Origin: Phoronis australis
Lineage: Eukaryota > Animalia > Phoronida
Assembly: GCA_002633005.1 (NCBI GenBank)
Contig: NMRA01000018.1
Location: 1,065,531-1,129,530 of the forward strand
Direction: 5' to 3'
Length of the DNA: 64,000 bases
Numbering within the stretch: position 1 is the first letter of the stretch; the number at the start of each line of letters is the position of its first letter. Shown here one piece after another: positions 61,474 to 64,000 of this stretch. The notes under the pieces were generated by a model that made no database searches, was not told the DNA's origin, and worked only from the letters and a program-made list of their open reading frames with translations. The translations under genes were made by a program, and so were the position numbers.

Positions 61474-64000
61474 TTAAGGGTCTTGGGTCAAGGGTGGAAA
61501 CATTTGAACTATCAACCTGCATGCTCTCCTGGAAGTGAATTCACCTCAGTCTTCCAGTCATTCAACTAGAAACCATGAATGAAAATTGTTTTCCTTCACA
61601 ACTCTAAATTTGTGGTCAGATGTCTGTATTTCAAATATACAATATAGCTTAGTTATTTCACACTCTTTGTAGTATCATGCTTAAAAGACACTCTGCATTA
61701 CGTTCTCTGAGCTTTACATTTACCTGGTCAATGGTGAAGAGTAGCGTCCTGAGTCGGTGCCATTCACTCTGTTCAAAATCTGCTTTGGGCAATTCCCGAT
61801 TCACAAAATCGTTTAAGGTCTAGCTTCAAGCCGTATTAGGGCAGCTTATGAAGCCCTGCTATTGCCTGGCTTGTTAACAGGTAAACACAGGTCTTACTAA
61901 ACCCTTCTGTCAAACAGGTGTTTATATTGAGTTATGTGTGTAATGTGTGCTGTCTTTTATTCTATAGTTGGTATAATGAACACGCCAACGTTTGCTATTG
62001 GATTACTTCTAGGGTTCTGTTTAGTTCAGGTAAATTAGGTGAAAAAAATTTGTTGAACAAACCTCGTTATTGTCAGTGAACATGAAATGGCGGTAACAAA
62101 TATTATTCTTCTTGTGGTCAAAGGACTCTGTAGGTGACCCTAGTGTACAGACTTCAGTTGCTTTGTAATACGACACCACTCTGGGGTAGTAGTTGTTTGG
62201 GACCTTAGTGTTTCAGAGCTGGGAACCAGTCGAAATAAAGGGGTTTGTTTTTATAACCAGATGAAGGCTTGTTGTTTTTTTTCTCTTTTCAAATAATGTG
62301 AAATTTCTCCTAGATCAGGGAAATGCAGTGTAAGTCCAGTGCGTTGTTAAAATTTTTTCAAAATTTTCCAGTATGTATTGTACAGTAGGAGCTGGGCCAC
62401 GGATGAAGTGAAATTTCTTTCTCGTTTATTTTTGTTGGGAATTTTGTGGACTAAATTTCATGGTTCTGCTAGGGTGTGTTTTGCGACTGAAGAAGTCATT
62501 TCATGTTGAGCTGTTTCCACACACTTATCGCTCTATGTACTGTGTGCTGTCTTACCTCCACGATCCGTTCCGTGCTCTTTGAACGCTCCACCTGTCTGTT
62601 TCAAGTTATTTACAATAATATAGCTAACTAGCCTTCAATAAAATCATAGACCTAATGAACTCAACGAGGCGTGTTTGTTGTCAATACTAGTGTCTGCAGT
62701 AGCGTACGTGTGACGCGTGCATGCCCTCTGGTGACACTTTATCTTATATTACAGTAAATCAAACTCATTAACATGAATGAATTGGCATGTTTGCATGTAA
62801 CCTCTTTGAAGGAAATCACGATCCTTTTTCTAAGTCCTATCCATGTTTAAAATCCTGGTCTATGCGGTATAGGAGAAAGTATCTAGAAGAAAAATACCAC
62901 CAGATGCGAGTGCATGAGATCTTGCGAAGTTGTACAGTCATCTTTTTCATTTTATCTATTCATGGTAGTAAAAGCACTCAAAAGCACTTAAAACTGCTGA
63001 CCTTCGTTCGGTTTCTATCCCCGGACTGTTGGATTTCTATTCTCTTAAACTTGTGTAGGCAGTGAGCATACATGCTCTCACTGATAATATGCTGCACGAT
63101 GGCGCCAAGTCAGAGTGCTACAAGACCTCAACAATGATAAAGTACTATATCATTGGGTTGTTACCAAGCTGGATATGATGGAGTGTTTGTAGTCCTCTGT
63201 GCTCTCCTACTGTTGACCAAGTGCTCTTTGGAGAGAAACATAGACTGTCTGACAATGTTTCTCTTAACAATATCCATTAAGGTTTACCAGTCTCCCTTAT
63301 CGGGTGGCTTGTTGTGGTCTGTGCCATTTTACATTTTGTAACATTGGCGATGGTCTGTTCAAAAGTTATTGAGCGTAAACTATTTAAAATGGAACTTTGC
63401 AAATAAAAATCTTTTCTTTGATTGTTTGGAAATGATTAACTTTATATGTGAGCAAGTTCAATTGTTTTTTTAACTGGGAAATGTAACTGGTAGAACAAAA
63501 TTGTTATGGAGTGTTTTTGAGTAAAAAAATAAAAAAATATGTACTTGGTTTTAAAAGTAGGTTTGTAAGTACATGGGAGATCTCGGGACACCCACTGAGC
63601 TAAGATTTTACGCGTCCATCTAAAATAATTTGATCTGTTATTATTTAAAAAATATCAACTCAATGTCACTCAATTACACCGATGAAAAATGAATAAAACT
63701 GAAGGGGCATTTTGTCACTGTTTAGCTGTCAGTGCTGAATTCTAATATTACCAAATCGCTTTGCAGATTAAAAATGTTACCATGGTAAATTCACCTTGAA
63801 TTGTTTCCAAATGAGCCGGCACTACTCAAGTCACAGGCATCGCGTGGTTGCACCATTTTTGAATTGACAATTTTAGGATTTGACACCCCCAATAAACTTT
63901 GACATGTTTTATTGAGTCGCTGAAGGTTACAATATTCGTTTTGGTAACAGAAACATAATCCTATGAGACTGATTTTATGAGTAAAATGCCATTCGAGTTT

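Noticed and set aside
63059-63141. Possible next LRRCC1 exon after ttgtgtag
   Set aside because: Translation (AVSIHALTDNMLHDGAKSECYK..) is not coiled-coil or LRRCC1-like and the donor is weak.

Overview
Eukaryotic (animal, probably invertebrate bilaterian) genomic DNA, AT-rich and almost entirely intronic. The window lies inside a + strand multi-exon gene. Eight phase-compatible GT-AG exons (687-57918, 1025 nt, about 341 aa) encode the central low-complexity and coiled-coil part of an LRRCC1 orthologue; the start and stop lie outside the window. Nested antisense in its 19-kb intron is an intact intronless 449-aa FMRFamide-receptor-like class A GPCR (6361-7710). The rest is a patchwork of non-autonomous DNA transposons/MITEs (hAT-like with 5-bp TSDs, Harbinger-like, Tc1/mariner/pogo-like, EnSpm-like), SINE and Penelope relics, minisatellites and one assembly-gap duplication. 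The most unusual items are a TA-flanked TIR element carrying a decayed stand-alone HIRAN-domain gene with no transposase, several CA..TG elements with 5-bp TSDs, and tandem repeats that copy LRRCC1 splice sites. Most short ORFs in the supplied track are noise. Family assignments come from recalled motif knowledge, not database searches.
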